A stretch of DNA of 64,000 nucleotides from Lytechinus pictus (Eukaryota), in the NCBI RefSeq assembly GCF_037042905.1, contig NC_087246.1, positions 49,538,001-49,602,000 of the forward strand, given 5' to 3'. Below are positions 1 to 14,286 of the stretch, piece after piece (position 1 is the first letter of the stretch; each line of letters begins with the position of its first letter). The position numbers were made by a program, and so were the translations under genes. The notes beneath the pieces were generated by a model. It made no database searches. It worked only from the letters and a program-made list of their open reading frames with translations, and was not told the origin of the DNA.

Positions 1-857
1 GACTTCCATGTCATCATTCAAACGAAACGCCAACGACTGCCAACAGTTCATCGATATCAAAATATATTAGTCAATGCAGACAAGGGAGCCGCAATTAGCA
101 TTAACACAAAGGAGATCATCTGAATGTATAATTTCATAAATAGCCGTGAAAATTAACCACAAGTGGATGGGACGAGTGATACGGTTGGCTGGTCACGGTA
201 TTGGCCCTTACCGCTCTCGCTAAATTGGTTGGACTTTTTAAATTACTGTCGGGAAATGCCAGTGATCTGACGAACGCAGACGAGAGCTTTATGCATTCAT
301 GTTATTGGTGGTTAGGATCAGACAGTGTTGTCGGACGAGCTTATACCACTCTTGCCCGCCTCTTCATGTCCTGACGTCAAAATGTGACAGCGGTCGCATT
401 AATATCTTGATACATTGCAATTTGTCGTATTCTCACTTCTAGAGCTTACAGAGAGAGGACTTGCTTCAAGTGACCAAACGGATGACACTCGCATAATCAT
501 TTCGCCTTTGTGTGATTGTGGTTTAACAACGCCTTCAGTTAACTGGACACTTTTGATTTGACATTGATGATCCAATATTGAGAATACCTTCGTATTACTG
601 CATTTCAAATCAGTTTTGCATGAAAATGGATTGTGAAACAAGCTGTGAGAAGATGATTGTGATAGCTATAGTGTTCGCATAACCTTTGAATTTTCAATTT
701 TCAATGCCCATAACCACAAACTGCTGACAATAACAACAAAACTTCATGATATTTCAACAGAACAATGGACTATCGCCTTTACTTTTCTTGCAAGTACAAT
801 AACGAAGTCATCATCAGTCTAAAAAGGGTAAATGTTATAGATTAGTGCAAAATCGCA

Positions 858-1889
858 ATGTCAGTCAATCCATTTCCTGAAATGGATAGCGTATCTACGG
901 CTGAGCCTGAACCCTCTCCGTTCGATCCGATACCCCGGGGCGAACCCGTACCTGACTGGGAAGAAGCACGCATCGTCTGGAAGTCCACCTGGAACATCCA
1001 CGTCTATGGCTTCGCAACCATCTTCCTGCTCTTTACAATATTTTCAACATACCGATTCTTGAAGCTATACTCCTTCAAAGCGGCAAGGATGTCCAACGGG
1101 TACCAGCTGAAGCTCGGTTTATACATCGCAATCTGCCTCTTCAGCCTTCTACGGTCGTTGGTTTTGTTTACCGACGCCTATAACTCGTGGAATATCTTCC
1201 CGCCCATTTTAGCCAAGGTGTTGTGGTCTCTGGCTTATCCTTGTTTAATCGGGGCATTTACGGTTTTGTTAGCCGTGCTCCTGGCAACAACCAACGCATG
1301 CCATCGTGGGAAATCACTCGCGTCGAGCTACAAACATGGTATCGGAATGGGGTGCTGTTTGTTGGGATACACCGCATTGGTAGTGACTGCTGACTGGGCC
1401 GTCATGTACAGTCAGCGCAGTATTTTTCTCTTGGTGCTATGCCAGGTAATCTTCATCGCTTGGGGGACCATCGTGATGATTGGCTATGCTTCCATCGCTT
1501 GTAAGATCACGCGAGATCTCTCGCGAACTCCGCTTAACGTCGACCGCGGTCTTCTCCGCAGTTTTGCTCGTCTCCTCTGCGTCTGTTCCGTCATCGGTGG
1601 GATCTGCATCCTGATGAAATTCTATGCAGCAGTCAGCACGTTTAGTTCAAGGTCAGAGTCGGAGGACAGCCCACAACCCTGGCGTTGGTTGGCCTTCGAG
1701 ACCACTCAGAGAGCGATAGAATGCTCCATGTGTCTACTGCTCATCCTTATCACTGGTAGAGCCGACCGGAAACGGGAAATCTTGGTTGTACCGAAGATCA
1801 TGTGTAACGGCATCACCATCATCTCTGGGCTAGAGTCCGGAACCGTACTCAAAGACATTCGCTTAAAAGATAAGCAAATTATTCATTAG
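858..1889 (+). CDS. Proline-rich transmembrane protein 3/4-like (PRRT3/PRRT4 family) multi-pass membrane protein, 343 aa, single exon
   Basis: Continuous ORF. EPEPSP..PDWEEARIVW..WNIHVYGFATIF motif is followed by about 7 hydrophobic helices (RSLVLFTDAYN, LWSLAYPCL, PWRWLAFET), as in the PRRT3/4 membrane domain. An in-frame TAG at 843-845 supports ATG 858 as the start. Confidence 0.75.
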   Translation: MSVNPFPEMDSVSTAEPEPSPFDPIPRGEPVPDWEEARIVWKSTWNIHVYGFATIFLLFTIFSTYRFLKLYSFKAARMSNGYQLKLGLYIAICLFSLLRSLVLFTDAYNSWNIFPPILAKVLWSLAYPCLIGAFTVLLAVLLATTNACHRGKSLASSYKHGIGMGCCLLGYTALVVTADWAVMYSQRSIFLLVLCQVIFIAWGTIVMIGYASIACKITRDLSRTPLNVDRGLLRSFARLLCVCSVIGGICILMKFYAAVSTFSSRSESEDSPQPWRWLAFETTQRAIECSMCLLLILITGRADRKREILVVPKIMCNGITIISGLESGTVLKDIRLKDKQIIH

Positions 1890-4740
1890 TGTATTGACAA
1901 ATAAACCAATACATCGCCAGTTTTCCCTTCTTCTTTACCCCGATGTCGGTCTCTTTAGGCCAATTGTTGAAGGATGTCAAGATATGACAGAGTCGTTCTG
2001 GCTTTGTCTGCTGATAGACCAATTTGATATCCACCGGAGTTCTAATGCACGTTGCGGATTGCAAATCGACAGACCATGGATCATTGCAAATAACAAACAA
2101 GTTTTGATCGGTCTGAACTACAGTGACAATAACGAGTTTTCACAATTGCAACTGGGACGGATTCTAGAACAAAGTTAATCTATAGAAAATACCAGACAAA
2201 TCACAACGAATAGCTGAGAGGACTTTGTCGAAAATTGGTAGACAGAGACAGCTGATCGCCGTAATATTCTATGCTAACGAAAAATTGCAAACATATTGTT
2301 TGTCCAAAGTTAAGGACGATACTGATGTTTTGATTCACAGATCTTCGACAAAGACTCCTGTGTCATGAAGGGCTTTTGACAATAGATTCTCTAGGTTCCA
2401 GAAAGCGTCTGTGTAGCTGTTGCGAAACCTCCCTACTAACACAGTGCTCAACTTACAACATTATATTGGCTAGCAGTGAAAAGTAATCATGGTCAACAAA
2501 TAACAGTTTATCATGCACTATATAAACATGGAGCCTGTTTCACAAAAACTTAAACCACGGTAACTTTTATCATGGGAACCTTGATTATGTTTGGCTACTA
2601 AGCAATTTTACCTTGACAGTGGCCATGATAACATTTTCACCATAGTTATTAGCTATTGTAAAACGGTCTCATGGTCTTGAAAAAAATTCACTTGTCTCCA
2701 TTTTTAGTTTATATGACGACTTGTGTAAATATGTGTGGACGTACTTATCTTCTTTTTATACCAAGATTGTGAATATACGCTCTTTGAATAACATGGTGCT
2801 GACAACGTTTTTTTTTCTTATCATAAGAAAATAGAAAAATATTGTAAATGATTTCTTTGTACCATCATTGTTCTACAAATTGTTTGTCAAGGAAATTTTT
2901 TCCAATTTCTTGACAATAAAAACTCTCTATCAGTGTCTATTGAACGTTTTCTTTTATGGTGGTAAACGACAAAACCTTGTTACCATGGATTTATCTAAAA
3001 CCTGTATTTTTTTGTAGAGATGGACTAAAGTTCTGCAAGTTTTTTAATATATGAGATGAAATTGCATTTTTTCTGTCTTTTGACATAGCAAACATCATAG
3101 CATAATGATGTCTATAAATAAAGCTCACAATATCGATAACAATAATAAAACCTTTTGGTTATACCTAAAGTATGGAGTATACTGTATCATTCTAACTGAT
3201 GTCGTGTTTAAGTGTTATGTAATGTGTTCTTATATCGAGTGAAATAACTCGTACAACGTCATTTGTCTTTTGGGGGCGGGTGGGGGGGGGGTTAAAAGCT
3301 TATGTATTCATATCAGGGTCATAATCGTGGTAAGATACGAAAAGTAAGAGTATCCGATCATGTAATTTTCTGACAGTTTGAGATTGTATTACCTGAAGTA
3401 TTTAATCATGAGTGACAGTGAATTTAAAAATATTTCATTTTCAGACAGTTAAGTCATTATTTCTATTCACAAAGTTACCTTGCCATGACGATTGTCATTA
3501 TATAATCAACAAATGATTGTAATTATTTTTCTTTGTTTTTAATGTCCTTCTACCTCTTTTTGAAATTATTTGCACCAAATGACCAGTATTTTGAATGCGG
3601 GTTTAGATTAAACTATATTCAAAAGTCTCTAACTGTAGTTTAATTTTATGGAAAGCCAGTTGTGACATAAATATTTAACTCTACACGTTCAATTTATCAC
3701 CTCATCCTTCACTCAGATCATTCATAGCTGTCTCAGACTAATAACTGAATTAATTTCTTCGCAATGCATGATAACATAACGAAAGAGTACAATTAACATA
3801 AGAAAGATTCAATGTTAATTCAAGCACAGAATTGGACCATGACCTACATTTTTTAACCCGGGCTACAGAATACACTTTAAAAACACTGAGTAAAATTCTA
3901 CCCAATATTGGGTAAAAAGGGTATATGCATGTTTGCTGGGTATTTTCTTTTTCCCCATGTTGGGCTAAATGCATGTTTTAAGGGTAAATTTCAACGCAAC
4001 ATTGCGTAAAATGTACTCAATATTTGGTATATTTTTACCCAACCAACATGCATGTTTCCATTTGATCCAATATTGGGTAAACTTTTTCTATAGCATACTG
4101 GCCAATCACGTGAAGGGTTTCTGTCACCAGTTACATAAATGTTTTGTTACATTACTTTGCTATCACAGACAAAATCAAGATTGCCATGGAAGTCACCATA
4201 AAGTAAGGCTTTATTCAATGGGGACCCTTGTAAGATCTTGATATACGTAGTTAACTAACGTTTTGTAAAACTTGTAACTTGATGCTGAGCCATTTTGTAA
4301 CAAATCAGTGTAACTGAATGAAAATTTCCAGGGTTAAGCATACAATCATTTAAGAAAAAAAATTATCTGGGGCAAATTTGGACTGATATAGGCCTGTAAA
4401 GCGAGGCGAAGGTCATTATAATGAGGGTGGCAGCAGTACCCGCTGATAGAAGTTTGATACCTCTTTTCAAACTTTTTCGGAAAATGTTAACCCAGATTTT
4501 TCAGGTACGTCACTGCTATAAATAATAATATCGATCGTGATAGAGTGTGTATTATGATTATGATATGTCGACACCACATTATTGCGGACCTTTGTAAAAT
4601 AATATCGTATAATGTAATCACACTATTATCAAATATCTGATGTCGTGTAATCGTCTGTGAATTTTTTAACCTTTATTATTGATTGCCTGACTATGGTATA
4701 TTTTGTCAGTATCATCTCAAAGTAATTAAGCTGTGGTTAT

Positions 4741-4754
4741 GTTGCCATAGCAAC
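4741..4754. promoter_or_regulatory. Candidate RFX X-box
   Basis: GTTGCCATAGCAAC is one mismatch from the palindromic X-box GTTGCCATGGCAAC. Function not shown. Confidence 0.3.
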
Positions 4755-7499
4755 CGTAATGAAGTTCACCTCGTGTCGAATTATGTGACACCGCTTGTTG
4801 TCTGTCTCATATCTATATGAACTACAGATAAATGATTTCAACTACCAGACTCACAATTGTGTTGTATGATGCTATTTTTGCAATACTAATAAAATAATGA
4901 AGTGTATAAAGTGTAAATGTTATCAGGAAACGGCTCATTATTGTCTTTCTGAATAGTTTCATTATTTTGTTGTTGCACGAGGGGATGAACGTAACTATTC
5001 AAATTGATTTTTGAAAATTAGTTAACACTCCTTGCTGAAAATATTATGATTTTTTAAAATCACACAAGTCACACGAACAATACATTGAAAATGTCACCGA
5101 AATCAGACAAGGAATAACAAAGCTATAATGATGTTTTAAGTTTTCCGTTATTAAGGTGAAGCAATTCTATGCATGTCTTCATGAATATGCAATGAGCAAG
5201 TCTCTTCTCACATTTCACGATGATTTTGAAGGAAATGTGTTTAATTTTACCATAAATCCCTCTCTTATCTTCCCTCTCTTATCACTGATGTATAATTAAG
5301 TATTTAGGAGAATTATAGCTAGGGTCATAATTGCTTAAATGCGCACTTCAGGGACCCTTTGCACAAAACTTTTGCCATAAAAAAATCTGGCAAATAAACA
5401 AATACTCTGGCAAATAAATTATGCCATTGAAAATTACACACTAAAAAACTCTGGCAAAAAATTTGCCCGAGTTTTTTTTAAAGGCAAAAATTTTGTGCAA
5501 CGCGCCCCAGATTTCCTTTAACCTTTTAACGTACAATGCACACAGAAGGGGTGAATATGGGGATGAGAACTATCTTCCAAAACCGTTCCGCGGCCCCTTA
5601 GTACAGGCCTTGTTATATTTGCTAGAGTCGTAGGCCTACTGGTAGTATCACGATCCTTCTAATACTTTTTTTTATAACTATAACACAAAATTATAGCCAA
5701 TAAAGACGTGCGTATTTGCTCTCCGAAAATGATAATATTGTCAACTTAATCGGTGTCGTGTTCTTCATTAAAGATAACGTCACTGTAAACATGTGGGTGA
5801 CGTTTCGAAATTACGAGTTATATAATTAAAATTAGAAGTAATAATAATAAGGTTGCAAAAAGGTTTCATGCCCTCGAGTCGAGTTTCTAGCTCAAGAGTT
5901 TCTGCATGCATAATAATTATAAGAAAAAAACATTAATAAGTAAAAAAAATAAAATAAGATAGGAGACTCAGTCTGCCAATTATCCATCTGCAGAGATCAA
6001 CAGAGAATATAATCTGACCTTGGTAAGGCTCTTTGCCTGCTGATCCACAACTAACTTCCCAATCGACCATTGACCTTTGCAATACATCCCAACCATGGCG
6101 AAGCGAATAAAATGATTTTTTATTATAAGACGGCAAACAATCATGGTTGCTCTAGACACTCAGATGACCAATCAACTTAGCTCCTATCGGAGAGACATGG
6201 TCATCGGCGGCACCAAAGGAACCCATCCTTTGTCACCTCAGCTCCTGAGTAAAGATTTTGTGCTACACACGATTTGGTTTGCCTGCCCCTACCCCCTGCT
6301 CCTCAACATTTCATTTTGTCTCCCTTCTAAATGCCATGATGCCACCACTGGACTTGATAAGGTGGCTCAATCATCAAACACTTATTGTTTAGAGCCTTCT
6401 CTGAATGATGAAACTTCTACAATATACCAACACTTAATTCTGTCAATTTCTTCTCCCAAAACCTATCCAAAAATTTGATTTTTTTTTTAAATATTAAAAG
6501 GGTAAACATTTTTGCTCATTCTCTTTGCTCGCTCGAAGCTTTACAGAAATGTTGCCCTATCTGCAATGTCTGGCCCCCTCAAAGTTTTTGTTCATTACGC
6601 TACTGGGACTTACTACATAAATTCATTCACAAATCATGTCTTCAATAAATCACAAAAAACATGTAATTGAAATAAACTATAAGACTGGGGAAACGAAAAC
6701 TTCAAGCAAACACAAAGCTTGTAATGACCCATAGGCCTATCCGAGATATTTACATGCATTCATGAATATGGGCCTATATTTATATGCAAAGCACCAAACT
6801 ACAATAGCTGCAAATTGGTGTTAAATTACTGCGAAAATGGATCAAAGAAACAAGGAGTAGGGAAATGGGCGGATTAAGTCTCATAACCATTTTCATGAAA
6901 ACAAACCGAGTCTCTCTGAATTCGGATATAATTTACATGCATGACTTATGAAAATAATCACTAAACGTGGGCGTCTGTTTACACCGAGGTATAACAAAAT
7001 GATCCCCTTTCAAATTTATTTCATATTATTTCAAATTAGTTTTTGCTGCTATGAAAATGAAGCAGAGTAGGATGGAAATCCACCTGTATTGTAACCTGTA
7101 AATGTTTTCAAACTCCCAGCTCAAGCAGGTAAGCTTTATATAGGAAATAGCATCCTGTTCATATTTAAAGCTTCGTCAGAATAAGGGCAAACAACTACAG
7201 CCCACGGACTTGAGAATCATGTGTCGATCCATGTGACTGTTTTTTGTGGTCCAATAGAATGATTGGATTTCCAAGGTTATCACAGCAGGAGCAATTAGCT
7301 ACAGAATATCATCTTTCTTATCAAAACAATTATTTCTATATTTACTTCCTATGACAAATCAAATGTAAATCAGTAATCCACAATCACATGCTGGAATGCG
7401 TATTCTTAGTTTTATTCCACATTCACCAATAAAGAAGAATCCTGCATTTGCAATGAAATAACATATCCTATTCAAAAAATGGTTTTTATTTTTTAATGT

Positions 7500-7852
7500 A
7501 TCATCGTTACTTTTATCATTATCATCATCAATGTTTTTTATTATTTTTAATTCTTCTTCTTCTTCTTCTTCTTTTCATTTACTACTAAAATTATTACCAT
7601 TAATATTATTATCATTATCATTATTTTTATTATCATTATTATTATTATTATTATCATCATCATTATCATTATCATTATTACTATTAATATCATTATTATC
7701 AGTATTATTATTATTATTAATATTATTATCATCATCATCATTACTATTAATATCATTATTATCATTATTATTATTATTATTATTGTTATTATTGTTATTA
7801 TCATTATCATTATTGTTATTATTAATATTACATTTATGGTTATTATAATCAT
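7500..7852. repeat. Compound (ATT/ATC/TCT)n trinucleotide microsatellite
   Basis: Directly visible. It explains the poly-Leu and poly-Ile ORFs on both strands. Confidence 0.95.
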
Positions 7853-9054
7853 CATAAACAGCACCATATCATGGGAAATGTTTAATTACTTTAGTAATAA
7901 ATCAATCTTGATTCAAAATGTCTGATAGAACAGAGTTTCTCTTTCACTGAGTGAAAATTCTTTGACACTTTCAACAAGCTTTCACTTATTCGAGTCGATA
8001 ACGGCTTTTAAAGATATCACTTTTATAAAACAGAAAACTTTCAACTGGTTTCTCATTTCAATGAAGAATCTTACCCAGGTACCAAAAACCTATATCCTTC
8101 GCGCCTCCTCTATAAATCTGCAATTTTCATAAGAATTTATATAGCTGAATTAAGGAGACGAAAGGTATATAGTTAGTAATCAATACTGTATAGATACCTG
8201 TTTGTGATTTTTTATTTGGGGGTTGGGTTAAAGCCTGGTTTAATTCTTTATCATCAGAATAATCCCTATATATTTCATAGTTGTCTGAAAACGTTTGCGC
8301 TTCCAGACGAAGTTTGTCTGGAACGCCACTAAGTACATTAATCAAGGCGGATTTTATTGCCTATGAAAACCAAAAGAGTAATTTTACCCCTCCCCCCTTT
8401 ATCAGTAAAAAAACTTGATATTCGAACTTAATGCAATCGAACTAAACTTGTCTTATCGATTATAGATAATGGTATCATCATTTCAGTCACATCAAAATGC
8501 TATTATTTCAACAATATTCATGATTTAATTGCCAACACGGTCATGAAGTAAAAGAATATAAATATCCCGGGGAGAAATCTGTTTGCCAGATCATCTAATC
8601 CCTCTTTCATCCCAAAGTGAAAGCAGACTTGGACTGGATTGGAAAGCACGTGGCATTACATCTGGACTGGTGAACCGTATTTCAAATGAACTTTTCCGGC
8701 TCGAATGTAATCACTTTTCCACGTAACGATTTCCATACCATGAATGCAGTTAGTTCAATTTATTTTGTCATGACCGTCTTCGCCTCACATCATTGCTTAT
8801 GATTAACACTCTAAGTTATAACATAAAACCGAGGATGACTCTTGACGATGGGGGAAAGCATACAATTTGTAAACACACCCTCAAACTGTGGCGCCGGTAG
8901 AATATTCAATAACCCACAGCTTCACCATCCATTAGCATCAAATTAGGTGTGAACTGTATAATAATAATTCGTATTGACGGTATTGTATTTTATTGCATGG
9001 CTAATTTTTTTTTTGTATTTTACTGACAGGGGCAGTGCTTACATGGTTTCAACC

Positions 9055-9258
9055 AGTAGCGGATCCAAGGGGGGGGGGCACATCCGGCCCGTGCCCCACC
9101 TTTTGAGAGTCATAGCCAATATTTTTTTTTGCTTGCCAAATTTTACGTAGGACAAAATTACCTTCATTATTTTAGTGTAAACTTTAATTTTTTTTTGTTC
9201 GTCAAATTTTCATATGGAAAATGTGCCCTCCTTTTTGAAAATCCTGGATCCGCCCCTG
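9055..9258. mobile_element. MITE of the CAGGGGCGGATCC...GGATCCGCCCCTG family
   Basis: TIRs cagtagcggatccaagg / cctggatccgcccctg. Relatives occur at about 11204-11415, 15851-17097 and 57460-57477. Confidence 0.7.
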
Positions 9259-9417
9259 GGGGGCGTTTCATGAAAGGACTTGTCGGACGTTTTATCCGAC
9301 AAGTCCCATTTTATCCGACAGTTACCATAGTTACAGTACCTCTCAGCCAATCAACATCAGAGAAAGATGTCAGATCTGACAACTTGTCGGATGAAATTGT
9401 TGATGAAACACTCCCCT
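9259..9417. mobile_element. Short MITE (GGGGCGTTTCAT...ATGAAACACTCCCC family)
   Basis: TIRs visible. A near-identical copy lies at about 13843-13983 (shared core ttttatccgacagttacc...cagccaatca...gatgtcagatctgacaac). Confidence 0.7.
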
Positions 9418-12400
9418 GGTTTCAACCATCCCAGTCATGCCATGATTTTTTTTTAATTTCGACATTTTAATTTGTATTGAAAGGGCAGGGGTCGCGGAAA
9501 GGTTTGAAAGTGGGGGGGGGGGGGGGTTGTGGGGGGCTGACCATGAAGAAAGTCAGAATCAGGATGGTCTTTTTACATTTTTGCACTCGTTTATGAAGGT
9601 GTGGGCTGACGCCTTATCCAACTCTGGGTAGATTTCAACCAAGGAGATATAGGTGATATCTCCTTGTTTCAACCAATACTGTGTAGTTTTCACTCAAAGC
9701 ACACACTATTGGTTTAAAACTACTCAGATTTGGATAAAGTTTTAACCAATTGTTGTGTGGAAATTATATTGCCCAGCAATTTCAAGAGTGTAACATTGAA
9801 AATTTCATCAAAATCGGATATAAAATAAGAAAGTTATGACAGTTTTAAGTTTCCTTAACTTCACAAAACAGTTATATGCACGTCCTGGTCGGTATGCAAA
9901 TGAGGGGACTGAAGACATCACTCACTCACTATTTCTTTTGTATTTTTTATATGAAATATTCGATGTTTTTCTTCATTTTCCTATGAAACAAATTTGTATT
10001 CCTCTCTGAACGTGTGGCATTATAAAAAAGGACGGGATTTCTTTTTTTTCTTTTTAAAGAAGGTAACAATTTCTTGGGGATTTTTTAAATGCAAAACGTG
10101 GAATACTATCATTTATAATTGGGGGATATCCCTGATGAGATCGAGAATGGAGAGACACTGTTTATGGGGGGCAAATAGGGTGAGTATACGTGACCCCTCC
10201 CCCCCCCCCCCCCAAACAAAGCTGCATGGATGAGGTATGTGGGGGCAATATTGGTGTGGGCGTGGGGAGTATATTGCCGGTGGCTCTTGGGGAATAGCGA
10301 ATCATTTACTCCTCCCGCTATATACTTTTGAATAATGTAAATGAGCCCCATACAGTGCCCTGGATAAGGGTGAAAATGAGCCCCTACCCTGGAAAGGTAT
10401 GAAATGGAGAAACCTGACAATAATGTGTTTGATTGCTAAATGCTCTATTAGGTGACTTAGCGAGGAAGTGATTGAGATTTATTTATGATCCGTGTCTGTA
10501 ATATCAGATGGCCTCCTACCAAATCTAGGTGAGTTACACAAGATCTCAAATTGTCGTGTTGACAAGAACGTGAAAAGAAGAACTCATCTTCAAAATATAT
10601 TAATATTATGCTTCCCTTTAAAAAATATCGGGTAAAAATGCTCCATCGGGGTAGTTATGTGTCCAACCAACATTGGGCATTTCTTTTGGGCATTTTTATT
10701 TATCCAGTGTGATGAAAATTTTGCCCATTCTAACGTAATTGCTGCTTGTTTTTTAACCTTACTGACGATATGCTTCCCGCATTGGGTAAAATACTGCCCC
10801 AAATTGGTTGGACACATAATTACCCTCGTCCTGTTTAAAATTTTACTCAATATATTTTTTTACAGTGTTAAGCATTTTGCGTTGCCTGTTTCCAAGCCTA
10901 GCAATTTACAATTGTCTAAAGTTGATCGATTTTAAAGCTCCTCAGATTAAAAAGATAGATTGTCAGAGATGAACGGTGTCTGGTACAAAATGACTTTGTA
11001 GATTTCTGTCAAATGGAAAAGGACTAGATTCAATTTTTCAAAGGGCAAACTTTGTCTCATTATTGCAACAAACTCTTCAATTTTTAATACAATCTATGAT
11101 TGTCCCTCTGACGGGATAAATGTACTTATCATTGTTATTTGAGTGGATTGTTTTTATAAGAGAAATATAATTTGTTTTCATATCAACTTGCAGATTGTAA
11201 ATTGGGGGCGGATCCAGGATTTTCCAGGGGCATTTTTGTTCAGAAAATGTTTGACATGTCCAGAAATCTAAAAAATAAATAAATAAATAAAAAAACATAA
11301 AAAGGGTATTCACTTGCGTATATGCACGATATTTTCTACGCAAAAAATATTACTGCTCTACATAAAGGGGGTGGGACACGTGCCGGATTTGCCCCCTCCC
11401 CCCGATCCGCCACTGATTATAGATCAATTTAAATTACATGTTATGCAAAAGACGACAAAATAGCACGCCGCTATGCGCTATGAATATAAATGAATTATAA
11501 TGTCATGATATGGAATTGACCAAATGAACTTTAGCATTGACTGAAAATGTTAATAAAAGGAACATTTTTGATGAAAAATGTAAGGCTATTCCACAACCAG
11601 GAGAAGAATGTGTTATGATGATAAATTATTTTTTATATAGCATTTGGTCTTACTTAAAAAAGAATAAGGTTTGTGAAATTTGAATAGTCTTCATTTTCTT
11701 CCTGCATGTGGTAAATTATATGAAACGGGCAATTTGACAAATCACTTTAAAAAAAATAATCTAATTGTTTATGTGTGTGAGGGGGAGGTGAAGGACTTCT
11801 GTCTCATATTTTGTGATACAGTTTTTTTTTCAATTATGTAATTGTTCTCTCTTATCACCGAAGATACGGCTTGTCTCTTCACGAACTCAACATCACCCGG
11901 CCTACATTTTTTAAACCTAAGATGCAGTTAAGTTTATTGCTTGACAATCTCTCCCCGCGCGCAAAAAAAATCTTTATGTCTAATAATACATCCATGATAC
12001 ATCAGGGAAGAATGAAACGAATGGGGGTGGTAATTAGACATGTTTACAGTGTAAACATTCTTTTAGTCGATGTGTGTGAATGCCTTCAGTTCATCTAATT
12101 ACTAGGTGCTAATTAATTTGAAATTATGCCTGGACCCTGCATGCCGACTGAGCTGACCTGCTTGTTTCCATTCTTATTGTCGTTGTTGTTGTTATATTTT
12201 AGTTTATTAACAACATCACTGTTTCCAGCAAGAACATCATCACCATCATAAATTATAGCGAATACTATCATCTGCATCCTTCTTCATCGCATTCTTCTCC
12301 TTCTACTTTTTCAATATTACAATCACAACAGATATCGTCATTATCATTACTGACAATTTCTCGAGAAAAGTCCTGTTATATTCTCACTCCCCCTCTCTCT

Positions 12401-13117
12401 TTCTTCCCCCTCTCTATTTCCCTAACCCCATCTCTCTTCTCCTCTCTCTTTCACTTCTTCCTTCTCTCCTTTTCTCACTGCCAATTTACAAATCAATCAT
12501 GTGAAGCCTGCGTGTGAGATTAGAAGAGCTTCAAAATAAGTAATTACCTGTCCATCAAGAATTTTCTATAAATTGATAAGATTATCCGGACTATGTGGTT
12601 TTCATGCAACATCTTCAGCTCAATTGCATGGCTATAAGCTAGGCCGAAATAAGTGATATTTATTCATCTAGATCTCTTTTTGAATTAATCATCGTGATGA
12701 TTGTGCGTGTTTTTGTGAAGGCAAGAAATAAGGTTTGAAAAAAAAACTCGACAAGACCCAAATATATATTTTTTGATGAAGTTATAATCCTTTATACGAG
12801 AAAAATAAACGGTTGGTTATTTTATAGAGCTTGCTCCGTGGTTATATATTTCAGTATGACTGGACATAATGTTTCGTTGGCGACGCAAACCTGTTACAAT
12901 TGAAAATATGTTACATGGGGTGTCAGAGACTAAGAAAAATATTAATCCATCCGAAGCTCTGATCATGGACATCTCCTAACAAAGAGAGGGAGAAAGAGGG
13001 GGGGGGGGGGGGCAGGGAAAGAAAGAGATGAAGTGGAGATGTCTTGAATAAAAAGTCTCAAAATGAAAGATTTTGGAGAGTGGAAAATGTCGGGACTGCA
13101 TTTAAGAAGTCTTTTAA

Positions 13118-13719
13118 AGGTCAAGTCCATCCCAGAAAGATGTTGATTTGAATAAATCGAGAAAAATCTAACAAGCATAACGCTGAAAAATTCATCAAAA
13201 TCAGATGTAAAATAAGAAAGTTATGACATTTTAAAGTTTCTCATATTTTTCTCAAAACAGTTATATGCACAACTCAGTGATATGCAAATGCGAGAGGCTA
13301 TGATGTCCATTACTCACTATTTCTTTTGTTTTTTATTGTTTTAATTATACAATATATCAATTTATGCAGAATTGACAATAATGTAAAACTTGACTGAAGT
13401 ACATAATGTTAAACAATGTTAATTCCACAAGTTCAGAGAGGAATAAAACTCAATTTCAAATGACATGGGTGAGAAAATCAGAATATTTCATATTTCAGAT
13501 AATAAAATACAAAAGAAATAGTGAGTGCGTGATGTTATCAGTCCCCTCATTTGCATACTGGCCAGGATGTGCATATAACTGTTGTGTGAAATTAAGCTAA
13601 ACTTTAAATGTCATAACTTTCTTATTTTACATCCGATTTTGATGAAATTTTCAGTGTTATGATTGTTGGTTTTTTCTATTTTTATTCAAATCAAATTTTT
13701 GTCGGGGTGGACTTGTCCT
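13118..13719. mobile_element. Kolobok-like MITE (TTAA target, AGG...CCT termini), internally palindromic
   Basis: ttaa|aggtcaagtccatccc ... ggggtggacttgtcct|ttga. The internal inverted block aaaatcagatgtaaaataagaaagttatgacatttt is also seen at about 9795, 17110 and in degraded copies near 5000-5200 and 25920-26455. Confidence 0.7.
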
Positions 13720-14286
13720 TTGAGACACGGCGAGAATAGAGAAAATCGCTTACATAATATGAGGCGACGAATTTGTTTGTAAAAATCCTTAACCCTCACC
13801 CCCCCTCCCAATTTTTAACATGACATGCAATAGTGGTATCAAGGGAGCGTTTCCATGAAAGAACTTGCCGGACATTTTATCCGACAGTTACCGGGGAGCA
13901 GTGCTTTTCAGCCAATCAGAATCAAGAAAAGATGTCAGATCTGACAACTTTGTCGGACAAAAATGTTGATGAAACAGTCCCCTGGATGCGCGAATCTATT
14001 GTATTTGCTGCACCGACGTAAAACGCATCAACAATAAATCTTGCGCGCGCATGAAAAGTAAGTGGCATATGCATAGAAACGCCAGTGTTTCTTGACAGGT
14101 ACAGTGAATACATTATTATTCTACCTCAAATGCGATTATAAGCGCGGTCACACATCAAAATACTTGCCATGTGAAGAAGGTTATAAAATTTTGTCAGTCA
14201 TGTAACATAGGGTAGAAAAACGAAAAAGATGGAAAGACTCAAGCTAATTCCTTTGTAGAATACTTCTCTTAAAAAGGTTTCCTGTT

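Noticed and set aside
5960-6400. Possible decayed RTE-type LINE 3' fragment or the 111-aa ORF
   Set aside because: Only a vague motif resemblance; it cannot be supported without a search.
7531-7867. Poly-Leu / poly-Ile membrane protein ORFs
   Set aside because: These are translations of a trinucleotide microsatellite.
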